A stretch of 64,000 bases of DNA from a virus (lineage: Duplodnaviria; Caudoviricetes). The stretch covers positions 1-64,000 of the IMG/VR virus record IMGVR_UViG_3300044259_000026; one strand, written 5' to 3'. This document shows, one piece after another, positions 37,789 through 46,701 of the stretch. The number at the start of each line of letters is the position of its first letter. Within the stretch, counting starts at the first letter, position 1. A program made the translations under genes and the position numbers. The notes beneath the pieces were generated by a model. The model was not told the origin of the DNA. It made no database searches and saw only the letters and a list, made by a program, of their open reading frames with translations.

Positions 37789-39606
37789 TTACTTGGAGCG
37801 GTAACGTTCGATCGTCTTCTCTTCAGCCTCGCTGACCCCGAGAGCCGACCAACCTTTCTTGGCAGCTTTCTTGATCTTGAGGATGGAATCCGCTGTGTTC
37901 ACATCCATCTTGCCGTTGAGCAGGGATCGGATTCGATCACGAGGCGTACCAGTACCACCGGCAGGTGCAGCCTTGGCAGGCTTCACTGCTTTGACTGGGA
38001 TGACTTTGTCGTCATTGCGCGGGGCCTCCTTAGGAAGAGTCTTTGCAACAGCCTCAACGCCATCAGCCTTGGCGATGAGAGCCAATGCAGCTTCAGCCAC
38101 TTCCGCAGCTACGCCCAGCTTGTCCCACGACTTTTTGGCCGACTTCTTGAACTGCACGAGGTTACGGGCACGAGCCAAACGATCACCATCAGTCTCGGCA
38201 GTCAGGAAGGATTCGACCAGAACTTCGACCGGCTTCTTGATTGCTACCGGGGCTGCCTTGGACAGGCCCTTGGTTGCCACAGCAGCGGCATCGACCTCGA
38301 CATGCATGGTCTCGTCCGTATCTTGCAGGTGCTCGATGGACTCAGCATGCACGTCTTGCAGTTCGACCTCCTCGGCATCCTGCACCTTGGTGATCCGCAG
38401 ATCGGCACCGTAATGCCCACCGATCTCCACGGTCTCCAGAACTGGAGTGTGGTTACCGGCCACAGCATTCCCCAACAACTTCGTATCCTTGAGTGGGCGG
38501 TTGCAGGTCACGTTGTCGTGATCCTCCTGGCTCAGCTCAGCGATGATGAAGTAGCCCTTGGCACGCAGCTTACGGGCGTCCGAGTGCGGTACGGCGATGA
38601 CATCTTCCGGTGCCAGCTTGGCCAGCACACAGACATCGCCGCTGAAGCTCGACAGGTAGTCCCGGCGAGCCACATGCAGACCGTTGGAGCAGTCACGAGA
38701 CCGGTTTGGATCGACCAGCTTCTCGTCCATGAAGACGTGAGAGCCGACCTTCTGCTTCACCTTACCCGAGTGGCAATCGACGTAGTAGTCGTCTTTTCGG
38801 CGCAGGCGTTTGTACACCAGCACGGTGCCATCGTCTGCAATCGGCAGCTCGCCCTTTTCCATGAAGGTCAGAAGATCCTTCAGAGAGTGGGCACGCTTGA
38901 CCGAGGCAGCACGGCGGAAGAAGTTGGCCATGCCGACTGGGGAGCCCAGCTTGGCAGCGATAGCCTTGACCTGAACATCGATTTGCTCGATGCCATCGAT
39001 GATGGTGCCGTCATCCAGCACTGCAACCACGGTGGTCTCTTCCTCTTCCGTCTCCGGAATGGCTTTGGTCATGCGGTCGAACTCTTCCGAACCCGCAGGT
39101 GCAGCGTGGGCCATGATTTCTGCCACGGCAGCTGCACTTTTGGTCAGAGGAGCCTGCTCGGCTTTCTGTTCTGGGGTTGGTTCAGCCTCTTCCAGACGCT
39201 CAACCACAACAGGTGAAGCTTCTTGGACAGGTACTGGGTTGGCTGGCTCAACCACAGGTACTTTGCCGACCATGGGACGGGGCTCCAGCGGATCGTCCAC
39301 GAAGTGGTTGATGATCTCTTTGGCCTTCTTCTTGAGCATCCGGAAGAAGCGAACAGCGCCATTGAGTTGCTTCTCGGTCTCGGCATAGTGGGCCGATTCC
39401 TTGATGTTGAGGAGCAGATCTTCGGGCAGTTCACAGACCGGAGGCAAACCGGCTTCAATGCAGGCCTCCAGTTCCGGGAACACCTTATCCACAAGATTGC
39501 GGATGCGGTGGTCACCTTGTTGAACAACGATGGATTCCCCGTTGTCCTTGTACAAGGTCAACTGCAGGCCATCCAAGTTCGCTGCAACAATACGAATGGT
39601 AGTCAT
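37789..39606 (-). CDS. rIIB: rIIB-like protein
   Basis: ELPIADDGTVLVYKRL, DCHSG, VDPNRSRDCSNGLHVA motifs. Confidence 0.9.
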   Translation of the reverse strand: MTTIRIVAANLDGLQLTLYKDNGESIVVQQGDHRIRNLVDKVFPELEACIEAGLPPVCELPEDLLLNIKESAHYAETEKQLNGAVRFFRMLKKKAKEIINHFVDDPLEPRPMVGKVPVVEPANPVPVQEASPVVVERLEEAEPTPEQKAEQAPLTKSAAAVAEIMAHAAPAGSEEFDRMTKAIPETEEEETTVVAVLDDGTIIDGIEQIDVQVKAIAAKLGSPVGMANFFRRAASVKRAHSLKDLLTFMEKGELPIADDGTVLVYKRLRRKDDYYVDCHSGKVKQKVGSHVFMDEKLVDPNRSRDCSNGLHVARRDYLSSFSGDVCVLAKLAPEDVIAVPHSDARKLRAKGYFIIAELSQEDHDNVTCNRPLKDTKLLGNAVAGNHTPVLETVEIGGHYGADLRITKVQDAEEVELQDVHAESIEHLQDTDETMHVEVDAAAVATKGLSKAAPVAIKKPVEVLVESFLTAETDGDRLARARNLVQFKKSAKKSWDKLGVAAEVAEAALALIAKADGVEAVAKTLPKEAPRNDDKVIPVKAVKPAKAAPAGGTGTPRDRIRSLLNGKMDVNTADSILKIKKAAKKGWSALGVSEAEEKTIERYRSK

Positions 39607-39616
39607 AACTTTCCTC

Positions 39617-42013
39617 TTACTTGAGCAGTTCGCGCACAATGGTTTGTGCAACTTTGGTTTTGGGATGGTCCACAGGCAATGTTTCAAGGCAATGCCCCAA
39701 GGAACTCAAATCCAAGAACGACTTCCAAGGAGATTGCTCGATCTTGGTTTTCAGCTCTTTGACTTTTGGGGATTCCTTCACTTTCTCGGCCACCTTTGCA
39801 CAGAGAGGCATCGCAGGGCGACGGTTCTCGTTGAAGAAGGTCAGCAACATTTCAGTCTCCCCGGAGATCGAGAAACGAATGCCCAAGTCCTTCATCAGCT
39901 CCTCATGCTGAAGCATGTTACGCAGGATGCGGTTCACATCCTCGTCCCGCCAGTAAGCCCCCTCTTCAACATATTTGCCGAAGGCAAGGTAACGTTTGAA
40001 GTCAGGGCGCTGGGACAAGTTACTGTCCACGTAGTTGGCAACGAAAGTTTTCAAGTCGGGAACCCCTTTGGCTTTGAGTGCAGATTTCTGAACGGAAGTA
40101 ACTACGGCAATTTTATCGCCCCAGAGTTTTTCAACAGCTTGGGACTCTTTTTCGGAGAACCAAGAGAACCAACGACCTTTGCAGTAGTGGGACTTGTTCT
40201 CCAACTCCACATAGGCGATTGGGTCCAACAGACCAGCCACGCTACCGTTCTCACGAGCGGTGCTGAGCAGGAAAGTTTCCCCATTGAAACTCTGAGACAG
40301 CGTGAGGTAACCCTTACGCTTAACTGCCGGTTTCTTCACCGCAGGCACAAAGTTCGGATCATCCGAAGGTTTGGCACGTTGAACCGGTTCAGGCACTTCA
40401 ACGGTCACGTCGAAGCCAAGGTCTTCGAAAGTCTTTTTGGCTTCCTCAACCCGGTCTGGGTGATGGTGGGAGACGTATACGATGTAACCGTCTGCACCCC
40501 AATCATCCGTTCGGCGAACGTTTTGCAGAAACTTCTCTGCGGCTTTCTTGGATCGAACAATCAACACCTGTTGGAACAAGTGACCGATAGCATGTTCATT
40601 GCTGGTCAGGGTGCGGTGCTTCAACCGCCCCAGTTCACCGTACCAGCCATTGGAGATCCACAGCCTAGACCTGTCCATCTTCTCGACAGCATCAATAGCT
40701 TGATAGACCGGGTAGGTAATGAACTTGTGAAAGACTGCGGTCATGCCGGTATAGCGACGATGCCCTCGGTAATCACGAATTCGTTCCTTCATCTGCTTGT
40801 ACATTGCCCGGGCAAGTTTCATGTCCGGGAATGCGTTCTTCTTCAGAGCCATTCGAATCCGAGGGAAGAACAACTTGTCTGGCTCGATATACGAACCTTG
40901 CTGACTCAACAAGAAGTTCAGTCGGGCTTGACGAAGTGAGAAAGCATAATGTCCAGTGTGATGACTCAGTTGAGGACGAGCTTGAGCAATTGAGATGTTC
41001 TTACGGAAGACGGTTGGGGAAGGTGTTTCCTCAGCCAGCTTTTCATTAACCAACATTGCCTTGGTTTGCTTTGCAGCAATCTCACAGGAACTCAGTTCTT
41101 TAGGGGAGAACTGAGCCAGCAGAGCTTTCAGCGTCTTCACCGTCCCTTCCGTGAAGTTCAGGGACTCCCGGTTGGGCGCAATCGAAATCGAGTCCGGGGG
41201 GGCCATGAAGATGATGACTTCATTGTGCAACTTGTTCATGTGGTCACGAACAAGTTTCCACTCGGTAGAGAAGCCGGTGTTCTCTGGCACTGGATATACC
41301 ACGTTGCCATAGCGAACATTGATTCGGCTCAGCAAAGTACCATTGAAGCCCGTGATGATGTAACCAGTTGGGGATTCCAACAATGGCAATGGCTCTTTGA
41401 CTTCTTGCCCGTTGACCGAAGCCAGAATGCCACCGAGCATTAATACTTCGTGGATAAGCCCGAGATATTCGCTACGCTCACCGGGCTTGATGGCGAAGGT
41501 GACAGTGATGCCAGTCTCTTCAGTAGGCAAAGACATGATCTTGTTGATCGAAGGTTTGCCACCCAGTTCCATCGAGGACTTGCTGACTCGGTAGATGGTC
41601 TTGGTTCCGTTGTGGCAGCTGTCCACTTGGAAGTTGTCTGTCACAGCGAACGGGGCTTTCGAACCAAGGCCGAAGCCACCAGTTTGGGTGGAGTCGGTAC
41701 GCTTGGTCGAGTTGCCGTAGGTCCCGTAGATCTCACCGATCTTCTCGTGAGGGATCCCCGGACCAAAGTCACGGATGGTAAGTTGGGTATCCGTGAGGGT
41801 AATTTGGAGTGGTACGTCGGTCTTGCCGACGACAATGTGCCCATCCCAACCGTTGCAGGCGACTTCACGTACAGCTGCCAGTTTGGGGTAGGTGTAGAGT
41901 GCCGAGGACAGGATGTGCATCAGTGCTGCACTATCGCTTACGCCCATCTCGACAGCTTCTTGATGGCCTACAAAGGCATGGGTTACACGGTCTGCTACTT
42001 GACTCACTTCCAT
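39617..42013 (-). CDS. rIIA: rIIA-like protein (GHKL/HATPase N-terminus)
   Basis: LSSALYT, AVREVACNGWD, IRDFGPGI, STQTGGFGLGSKAPFA. Confidence 0.92.
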   Translation of the reverse strand: MEVSQVADRVTHAFVGHQEAVEMGVSDSAALMHILSSALYTYPKLAAVREVACNGWDGHIVVGKTDVPLQITLTDTQLTIRDFGPGIPHEKIGEIYGTYGNSTKRTDSTQTGGFGLGSKAPFAVTDNFQVDSCHNGTKTIYRVSKSSMELGGKPSINKIMSLPTEETGITVTFAIKPGERSEYLGLIHEVLMLGGILASVNGQEVKEPLPLLESPTGYIITGFNGTLLSRINVRYGNVVYPVPENTGFSTEWKLVRDHMNKLHNEVIIFMAPPDSISIAPNRESLNFTEGTVKTLKALLAQFSPKELSSCEIAAKQTKAMLVNEKLAEETPSPTVFRKNISIAQARPQLSHHTGHYAFSLRQARLNFLLSQQGSYIEPDKLFFPRIRMALKKNAFPDMKLARAMYKQMKERIRDYRGHRRYTGMTAVFHKFITYPVYQAIDAVEKMDRSRLWISNGWYGELGRLKHRTLTSNEHAIGHLFQQVLIVRSKKAAEKFLQNVRRTDDWGADGYIVYVSHHHPDRVEEAKKTFEDLGFDVTVEVPEPVQRAKPSDDPNFVPAVKKPAVKRKGYLTLSQSFNGETFLLSTARENGSVAGLLDPIAYVELENKSHYCKGRWFSWFSEKESQAVEKLWGDKIAVVTSVQKSALKAKGVPDLKTFVANYVDSNLSQRPDFKRYLAFGKYVEEGAYWRDEDVNRILRNMLQHEELMKDLGIRFSISGETEMLLTFFNENRRPAMPLCAKVAEKVKESPKVKELKTKIEQSPWKSFLDLSSLGHCLETLPVDHPKTKVAQTIVRELLK

Positions 42014-42085
42014 GAGTGCGCTCCTTAGATCGAATAAGAGTGAAGCAACCCCCAAACATCTGAGGGTTGCAAACCAAACAAAGCC

Positions 42086-42994
42086 TTAACGGATGTACTC
42101 GTTCTTCAAGGTCTTGCGGAACTGAATCCAGCCCGGCAGATTGCCGTGCAAGCCGGGGTTTTCGAATGCATTGCACATGTAGGCATCGTCGTAGTACAAG
42201 ATGTCCGGAGTAGCCTGATGCTCGGTCGGGCTGGCATGGATGATTTCTGCCGTGACTAGCCGCTCGAAGAGTTTGATGTCCTCTTCGATGGATGGACGCT
42301 TACCTTCGTGGTTCAGGTAACTGACACGGGCACAGCGAGCAGCCGAGATCTTCTTGAGAACCTCATCGATCTCACTGTTCTTCGGCATGTCACGGGTGAT
42401 GCGACCTTCCTGACACAGCTGGGTTGCAGCCAGACGGTCTTGGGGATCAATGAACGGCAGATGCCACTCACCGATATCCAGTTTCTGAGCCCGGCTCATG
42501 GAGCGTTCTTTCTTCCAGACTTGAGCCAGAAGCTGAATGTTTGGATCAGCATCCGTGTGGTCGCGCAGTCCATCGAAGTTCGAGTGCTTGACTGTGGTGA
42601 CCACCACATGCATCCATTGGAAGGGTTCCAACAGTCGGTTGGCTACCTGCTTGTGCAGACCCAGCTCCATCAGAGTTTCAGCAGCATCTGCTGCCTTATA
42701 GGCTGCATCGATCCAAGTACCGATAGCCTCTTCTTTGAGATGGTAGGAAATCTCCCCACCCGCTTGCATCCCAGCTTGGTTGGCTCCCCAATGAACCGGC
42801 ATGGCCGGATCGTTACGAACCTGTTCGATGACTTTCTTGACGGGGATTGCCCGAGAGCTGGAAGCGTTACGGCTGAACTCGCGGTGGGTCATGAATTCAG
42901 CATGGATGAAACGGGGGTATTGCAGAACACTGGTGGTCAGGGTCTGACCAGATGGACCGACGCTATCCAGAATGACTTGGGCTTTGAACGGCAT
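42086..42994 (-). CDS. thyX: FAD-dependent thymidylate synthase
   Basis: HAEFMTHREFSRNASSSRAIP, HKQVANRLLEPF, ARCARVSY, HASPTEH. Confidence 0.9.
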   Translation of the reverse strand: MPFKAQVILDSVGPSGQTLTTSVLQYPRFIHAEFMTHREFSRNASSSRAIPVKKVIEQVRNDPAMPVHWGANQAGMQAGGEISYHLKEEAIGTWIDAAYKAADAAETLMELGLHKQVANRLLEPFQWMHVVVTTVKHSNFDGLRDHTDADPNIQLLAQVWKKERSMSRAQKLDIGEWHLPFIDPQDRLAATQLCQEGRITRDMPKNSEIDEVLKKISAARCARVSYLNHEGKRPSIEEDIKLFERLVTAEIIHASPTEHQATPDILYYDDAYMCNAFENPGLHGNLPGWIQFRKTLKNEYIR

Positions 42995-43020
42995 ATGAAT
43001 CTCCTGTTGATGGAATCTGA

Positions 43021-43053
43021 AAAAAGAAAACCCCTCACTAGGAGGGGTTTTCT
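43021..43053. terminator. Bidirectional terminator
   Basis: GAAAACCCCTC-ACTAG-GAGGGGTTTTC. Confidence 0.85.
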
Positions 43054-43068
43054 CGAACCGAAATGGCT

Positions 43069-43401
43069 TTAACTGAAGCCAGCACCGGCACCTACGCCGG
43101 TCTTGCCACTGGCCACCCCGCTGGTCAGGGTCGAGGTCAGGTCTGCAAGACGGAAGCCATTCGATTCAGCGGTCAACTTGGCCGAACTGCCCGTTCGTTC
43201 CGAGTCGATGGATTGCATGTGGGCCAGCTCAGCCTTCAGCTTGGCACACTCACCACCGTAGCTGCCCGAGGCGGCGACAGTGTAGCGCAGTTTCGAGATC
43301 AGATCGGGCCGTACATCGGCTTGAGCCGACAGGGAGAACCCGAGACAACTGGCCAGAGCCAGAGCAACATAACCTACCCAACGGTAGAGCGTACTTCGCA
43401 T
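43069..43401 (-). CDS. Putative secreted/periplasmic protein
   Basis: MRSTLYR, hydrophobic core, then AQA-D signal peptidase-like site. Confidence 0.6.
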   Translation of the reverse strand: MRSTLYRWVGYVALALASCLGFSLSAQADVRPDLISKLRYTVAASGSYGGECAKLKAELAHMQSIDSERTGSSAKLTAESNGFRLADLTSTLTSGVASGKTGVGAGAGFS

Positions 43402-43469
43402 AGTGTGATCCTCTTGGTTCACTGGTTTAGAGAATTGCAGCCTACCTCAAAGATAGACTGCGGTGCAAC

Positions 43470-43772
43470 TTACAGACGGCGAACTTTAAAGCTGACGCCC
43501 AGAGCTTCCAGCATGTCGGTCAGAGCCTTCAGCTCAGGAGGCAGCTCTACCGATTCCGATTGGGCTTCGGCTTCGCCGGTGGTCTTGTCCGAAGCCTGTG
43601 GCTCCTCTTCCTTGGCCTTCGGCAGCTGGACAAGGTTCAGCAGACGGTCCTCGACGGCCTTGATGACCGACGACGGGGAGTTGATCGAGTACAGGTTGAC
43701 CAGAGTCTGGGACAGGGCCAGAGCAGCTTGGGAGTTGATCTGGTTTACTTCAGCGTTGCAAACTTGGCACAT
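43470..43772 (-). CDS. Hypothetical protein
   Basis: Start MCQVCN; ORF in the operon. Confidence 0.6.
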   Translation of the reverse strand: MCQVCNAEVNQINSQAALALSQTLVNLYSINSPSSVIKAVEDRLLNLVQLPKAKEEEPQASDKTTGEAEAQSESVELPPELKALTDMLEALGVSFKVRRL

Positions 43773-43782
43773 AGGATTTCCC

Positions 43783-44028
43783 TTACAGTTGGGTTTTGGG
43801 TACAGACGATTTAGCTGTCTGATTGGGTTTGCACACAAACACCACTGGCTTGTTGAAGCCAGTTACGACAGTGTAAGCGTTCGATTGGTTCAGGTGGTTG
43901 GCAGAGATCTGACAGAACTCGGAGCCAGATGGACCATGGAACGGTGCCATCACAATCTCCCGACAACCATCAACAGCATTACAGTTGCTTGCCATCAGGA
44001 AAGCGACAACCGCTCCAGCGTAGTCCAC
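43783..44028 (-). CDS. Hypothetical protein
   Basis: 81-aa ORF tightly packed in the operon. Confidence 0.55.
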   Translation of the reverse strand: MDYAGAVVAFLMASNCNAVDGCREIVMAPFHGPSGSEFCQISANHLNQSNAYTVVTGFNKPVVFVCKPNQTAKSSVPKTQL

Positions 44029-44031
44029 TAC

Positions 44032-44286
44032 TTACTCCTCGTTATACCCCTCGGGTACTTTGTTACCTTCTTTCTCGAAGGCTTGGTTGATGTACTGCAC
44101 CACGTCTCCGTGTGCCGGACCGAAGTCCGCCTTCTGGAAGAAGTAGCGGAGATACTTCAGCTCTTCCTCTAAGGTGACATCCAATTCGACCAGTTTCGTC
44201 CCATAAGGGCAGGCCTTATTGAACTGAACGTAGCCTGTTTCACCGGCCTCGTGATCGGCAAGAGTTACTGCAAGTTCTTTGCTCAT
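44032..44286 (-). CDS. Hypothetical protein
   Basis: Start MSKELAV (ATGA overlap); LRYFFQKADFGPAHGDV. Confidence 0.65.
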   Translation of the reverse strand: MSKELAVTLADHEAGETGYVQFNKACPYGTKLVELDVTLEEELKYLRYFFQKADFGPAHGDVVQYINQAFEKEGNKVPEGYNEE

Positions 44287-44483
44287 GCTTTTCTCGGTTT
44301 TTGGCAATCTTCCAACCACTTCTCCAGATTCTCTGGAGTTACAGTTTGGTCGATACAATTGTTGATGAGGTAGGACGCGAACTTCTCCCAGATTTCGAGT
44401 TCTTTGATCCGCTCTACCTGTTTGAGGATGGTCTTGCGTTGACTTTCGTTACGCTCTTCCATCGTGTTCGTCGTCTCAGCCAT
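44283..44483 (-). CDS. Hypothetical protein
   Basis: 66 aa, abutting both neighbours. Confidence 0.6.
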   Translation of the reverse strand: MAETTNTMEERNESQRKTILKQVERIKELEIWEKFASYLINNCIDQTVTPENLEKWLEDCQKPRKA

Positions 44484-44993
44484 TTAGGCCTCCATCAACT
44501 CCTTCAGGGTGCTTTGCAGTTTGACGAGCTTCTCGCTCTTCTGACCTGCTTGGACCAGAGCTTCGTCCATTTCCAGAGCCAACATCTCCAGATCGTCTGC
44601 GAGGACGGTCAGGAAAGTGGCTTGGGTACGCAGTGCAGTAGCTTTTTGGGCCAGCCGATCCGACAACAGTTGTTTGCTTGGTTCTTCTTTGCTCACGGTA
44701 ACTTTTTCCTTTTTGATCGGCTCTGGTTTGACATTGCTTCGGAAGTTTTGCACGCCCGCCTCCGAGATCAGGCCACACTCTTTGAGTGTACGCAGGCAAC
44801 CTGCAATAGCACTCTTGGTGTGGTTGTGTGGTTCAACGCGGGCCATTTCCCGACTGATTTCATCGATGTTCCAATGCTCCTGCATTGGCACAGCGGCGAA
44901 CACTTTGCGGGCCAGGTTAGTCTGTCCAGACAGAATGTTCTCAGCACGAATACGATTCACACTACCTCCGGTCGTTCCGAATGAAGGGTTCAT
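44484..44993 (-). CDS. Putative winged-helix plus coiled-coil protein
   Basis: ARKVFAAVP...IAGCLRTLKECGLI wHTH-like; coiled-coil C-terminus. Confidence 0.6.
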   Translation of the reverse strand: MNPSFGTTGGSVNRIRAENILSGQTNLARKVFAAVPMQEHWNIDEISREMARVEPHNHTKSAIAGCLRTLKECGLISEAGVQNFRSNVKPEPIKKEKVTVSKEEPSKQLLSDRLAQKATALRTQATFLTVLADDLEMLALEMDEALVQAGQKSEKLVKLQSTLKELMEA

Positions 44994-45282
44994 TGTCTCC
45001 CATCATCCGGGAAACGGTATTGATGAACTCGATTGAGGCATCCACGATGTCCTCAGCTTCGAGTATGTCTTTGAGCTTCCGTTGATGCCTTAAAGGCACT
45101 TGCGGAACCAAAGAAACAACCAACTTACGGAGTTTCTCCGGGCAGTCATGGAGACGATGACTCAAAGCCAACCTCACCTGAACATTGTCCGGGGTCATTG
45201 TTCCTTCTGGTTCCTTGGCTCTCAGGTTCTGCATCCACTTTGGAAGCGTGAATACGTTAGAAGGCCCACGTTTGTGCTTCAT
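44962..45282 (-). CDS. Hypothetical protein
   Basis: Start MKHKRGP; operon packing. Confidence 0.55.
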   Translation of the reverse strand: MKHKRGPSNVFTLPKWMQNLRAKEPEGTMTPDNVQVRLALSHRLHDCPEKLRKLVVSLVPQVPLRHQRKLKDILEAEDIVDASIEFINTVSRMMGDNEPFIRNDRR

Positions 45283-45284
45283 GA

Positions 45285-45611
45285 CTACTCCCAACGGTCG
45301 GTAGGCATTTCGTTTGACGGCTTGATGGCAGACTTCATGGATCGTTTGAAGGTCTCTTTATGTACCCACACTGAGCTTTCTTGCCAGTTGCGGCATACAC
45401 TTTTGGGGACCCAAACCAAATGAAGATCTGTCAGTTCTAACTGAACAGCTTTTTCTGTCTCCGCCGTGATCCGGATAAACCGCACCTTCTGGTGATAGAA
45501 CAGGCTGTTTCTTGTGAAGGATCCTTGGGATGTACGACTGCAATCAGCATCGTCAAAACGACGATCATAGTCCTCCCAAGCATCCCCCTCGTGATCGAAT
45601 GTATCGCTCAT
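45285..45611 (-). CDS. Hypothetical protein
   Basis: Start MSDTFD with GGAG RBS; ETEKAV...WVPKSVC motif. Confidence 0.65.
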   Translation of the reverse strand: MSDTFDHEGDAWEDYDRRFDDADCSRTSQGSFTRNSLFYHQKVRFIRITAETEKAVQLELTDLHLVWVPKSVCRNWQESSVWVHKETFKRSMKSAIKPSNEMPTDRWE

Positions 45612-45661
45612 AGCGCACTCCAGAAAAAGAAATCCCAAGAACCGAAGTCCTTGGGAAATCA

Positions 45662-45862
45662 TTACTGGGTCACACGCAGTTCGTTACGGGGAACCCACTG
45701 ATTGTTGACCTTGACCATGCAGCCGACGAAGGCTCCATACTTGGTCTCACGATCAGTTTGTGCCCCGTAGATCTTGCAGGTGCCCACGTTCCAGACACTC
45801 ATGATAAGCATGACGCCCAGTACAGGTACGGCCAAGATGCCGAAGAGTTTCAACCATGACAT
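45662..45862 (-). CDS. Small membrane-anchored protein
   Basis: Start MSWLKLF; N-terminal TM; YGAFVGCMVKVNNQWVP. Confidence 0.65.
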   Translation of the reverse strand: MSWLKLFGILAVPVLGVMLIMSVWNVGTCKIYGAQTDRETKYGAFVGCMVKVNNQWVPRNELRVTQ

Positions 45863-45975
45863 GGCACTGCTCCTGCTTGGATCCATGCGATGAGTGAGTC
45901 CAGAAGGTCTGGTTCACCCACGCACATGATGATCAGAATCGTAAGGCAGATGCTGCCCACGGCGTCAGACGACAT
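45850..45975 (-). CDS. Small membrane protein (41 aa), not in the ORF track
   Basis: MSSDAVGSICLTILIIMCVGEPDLLDSLIAWIQAGAVPCHG; starts 3 nt after the terB stop. Confidence 0.6.
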   Translation of the reverse strand: MSSDAVGSICLTILIIMCVGEPDLLDSLIAWIQAGAVPCHG

Positions 45976-45978
45976 GGC

Positions 45979-46416
45979 TTAGGCCAAGAAGCTTTCGAGG
46001 CGCAGGCCGAACAGTTGAGCAACATCCTTCAGGATCTTCTCTTCCTTTTCGTCCATCTCACCGTCAGCCAGAGCGACAGTCAGGCCAGCCACGAGAACGT
46101 CTTCCATTTCGTGCTTGTCGCCTTGGCACTGGCCGATCTCACGCATGATCTGGCTACGACCAGCCAGCATACCTACGTCACGCAGCAGGCTGTCGAAGCG
46201 GGCGTAGGTGGCACCGACTTCAGCACCGTAGTTGGCCAGAGCCGGGGTGTTGTCCAGCAGCTTCTGGACCTTGGCGCGTTCAGCGTCCGAGGCGTCACCG
46301 TCGGCGTACATGACCAGAATGGCGATGCCTACGGTGGCTTCCATCAGGTCTTTCTTTTCGAACTTGGCGATGTCACGAGCGGCTGCTTTGGCTTTCTTTT
46401 TGAAGAAACCGAACAT
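45979..46416 (-). CDS. terB: TerB-family (tellurite resistance-like) protein
   Basis: Duplicated motif YADGDASDAER and LADGEMDEKEE; MFGFFKKK start. Confidence 0.88.
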   Translation of the reverse strand: MFGFFKKKAKAAARDIAKFEKKDLMEATVGIAILVMYADGDASDAERAKVQKLLDNTPALANYGAEVGATYARFDSLLRDVGMLAGRSQIMREIGQCQGDKHEMEDVLVAGLTVALADGEMDEKEEKILKDVAQLFGLRLESFLA

Positions 46417-46467
46417 TGGGTAGATCCTCTTTGATGACAGTGAAAAGGCACTGACTACCTATTTGAA

Positions 46468-46580
46468 TGGCGCCCGCAGAGTGGATTCGAACCACTGACC
46501 TTCAGCGACGGCGGATCTTTAACGGGAGCTACCCTAGATCCTGTGTGGCCGATGCTCTAACCGACTGAGCTACTTTGGGC
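46468..46580 (-). ncRNA. tRNA-like RNA with a 41-nt structured insert in place of the anticodon loop
   Basis: On -: GCCCAAAG-TA-GCTC AGTCGGTTA GAGC-A-TCGGC [41 nt] GCTGA-AGGTC-AGTGG TTCGAAT CCACT-CTGCGGGC-G-CCA. Confidence 0.8.
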
Positions 46581-46585
46581 ATAAA

Positions 46586-46666
46586 GCTGCATTGGTGGAA
46601 TCACTGAGTGATTGCCCCTAGGATTCCCGGCCTGTCTTCAGCCACCCAGTAATTCCCCAATGCAGC
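46586..46666 (-). ncRNA. Long hairpin (24-bp stem) immediately 5' of the tRNA-like RNA
   Basis: On -: GCTGCATTGG-GGAATTACTGGGTG pairs with CACTCAGTGATTCC-A-CCAATGCAGC (two G-U pairs, one bulged A); intergenic. Confidence 0.6.
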
Positions 46667-46701
46667 CTAGAAAACTAGGCTACATCTTGGTACTGCTAGC
46701 C

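Noticed and set aside
46468-46580. Reading the tRNA-like RNA as an intron-containing tRNA, tRNA-Sec or tmRNA
   Set aside because: The 34 extra nt are far too short for a group I intron; no canonical U33-anticodon-purine37 loop emerges on excision; there is no UCA anticodon or long variable arm; no G3-U70/A73 alanine identity and no tag ORF
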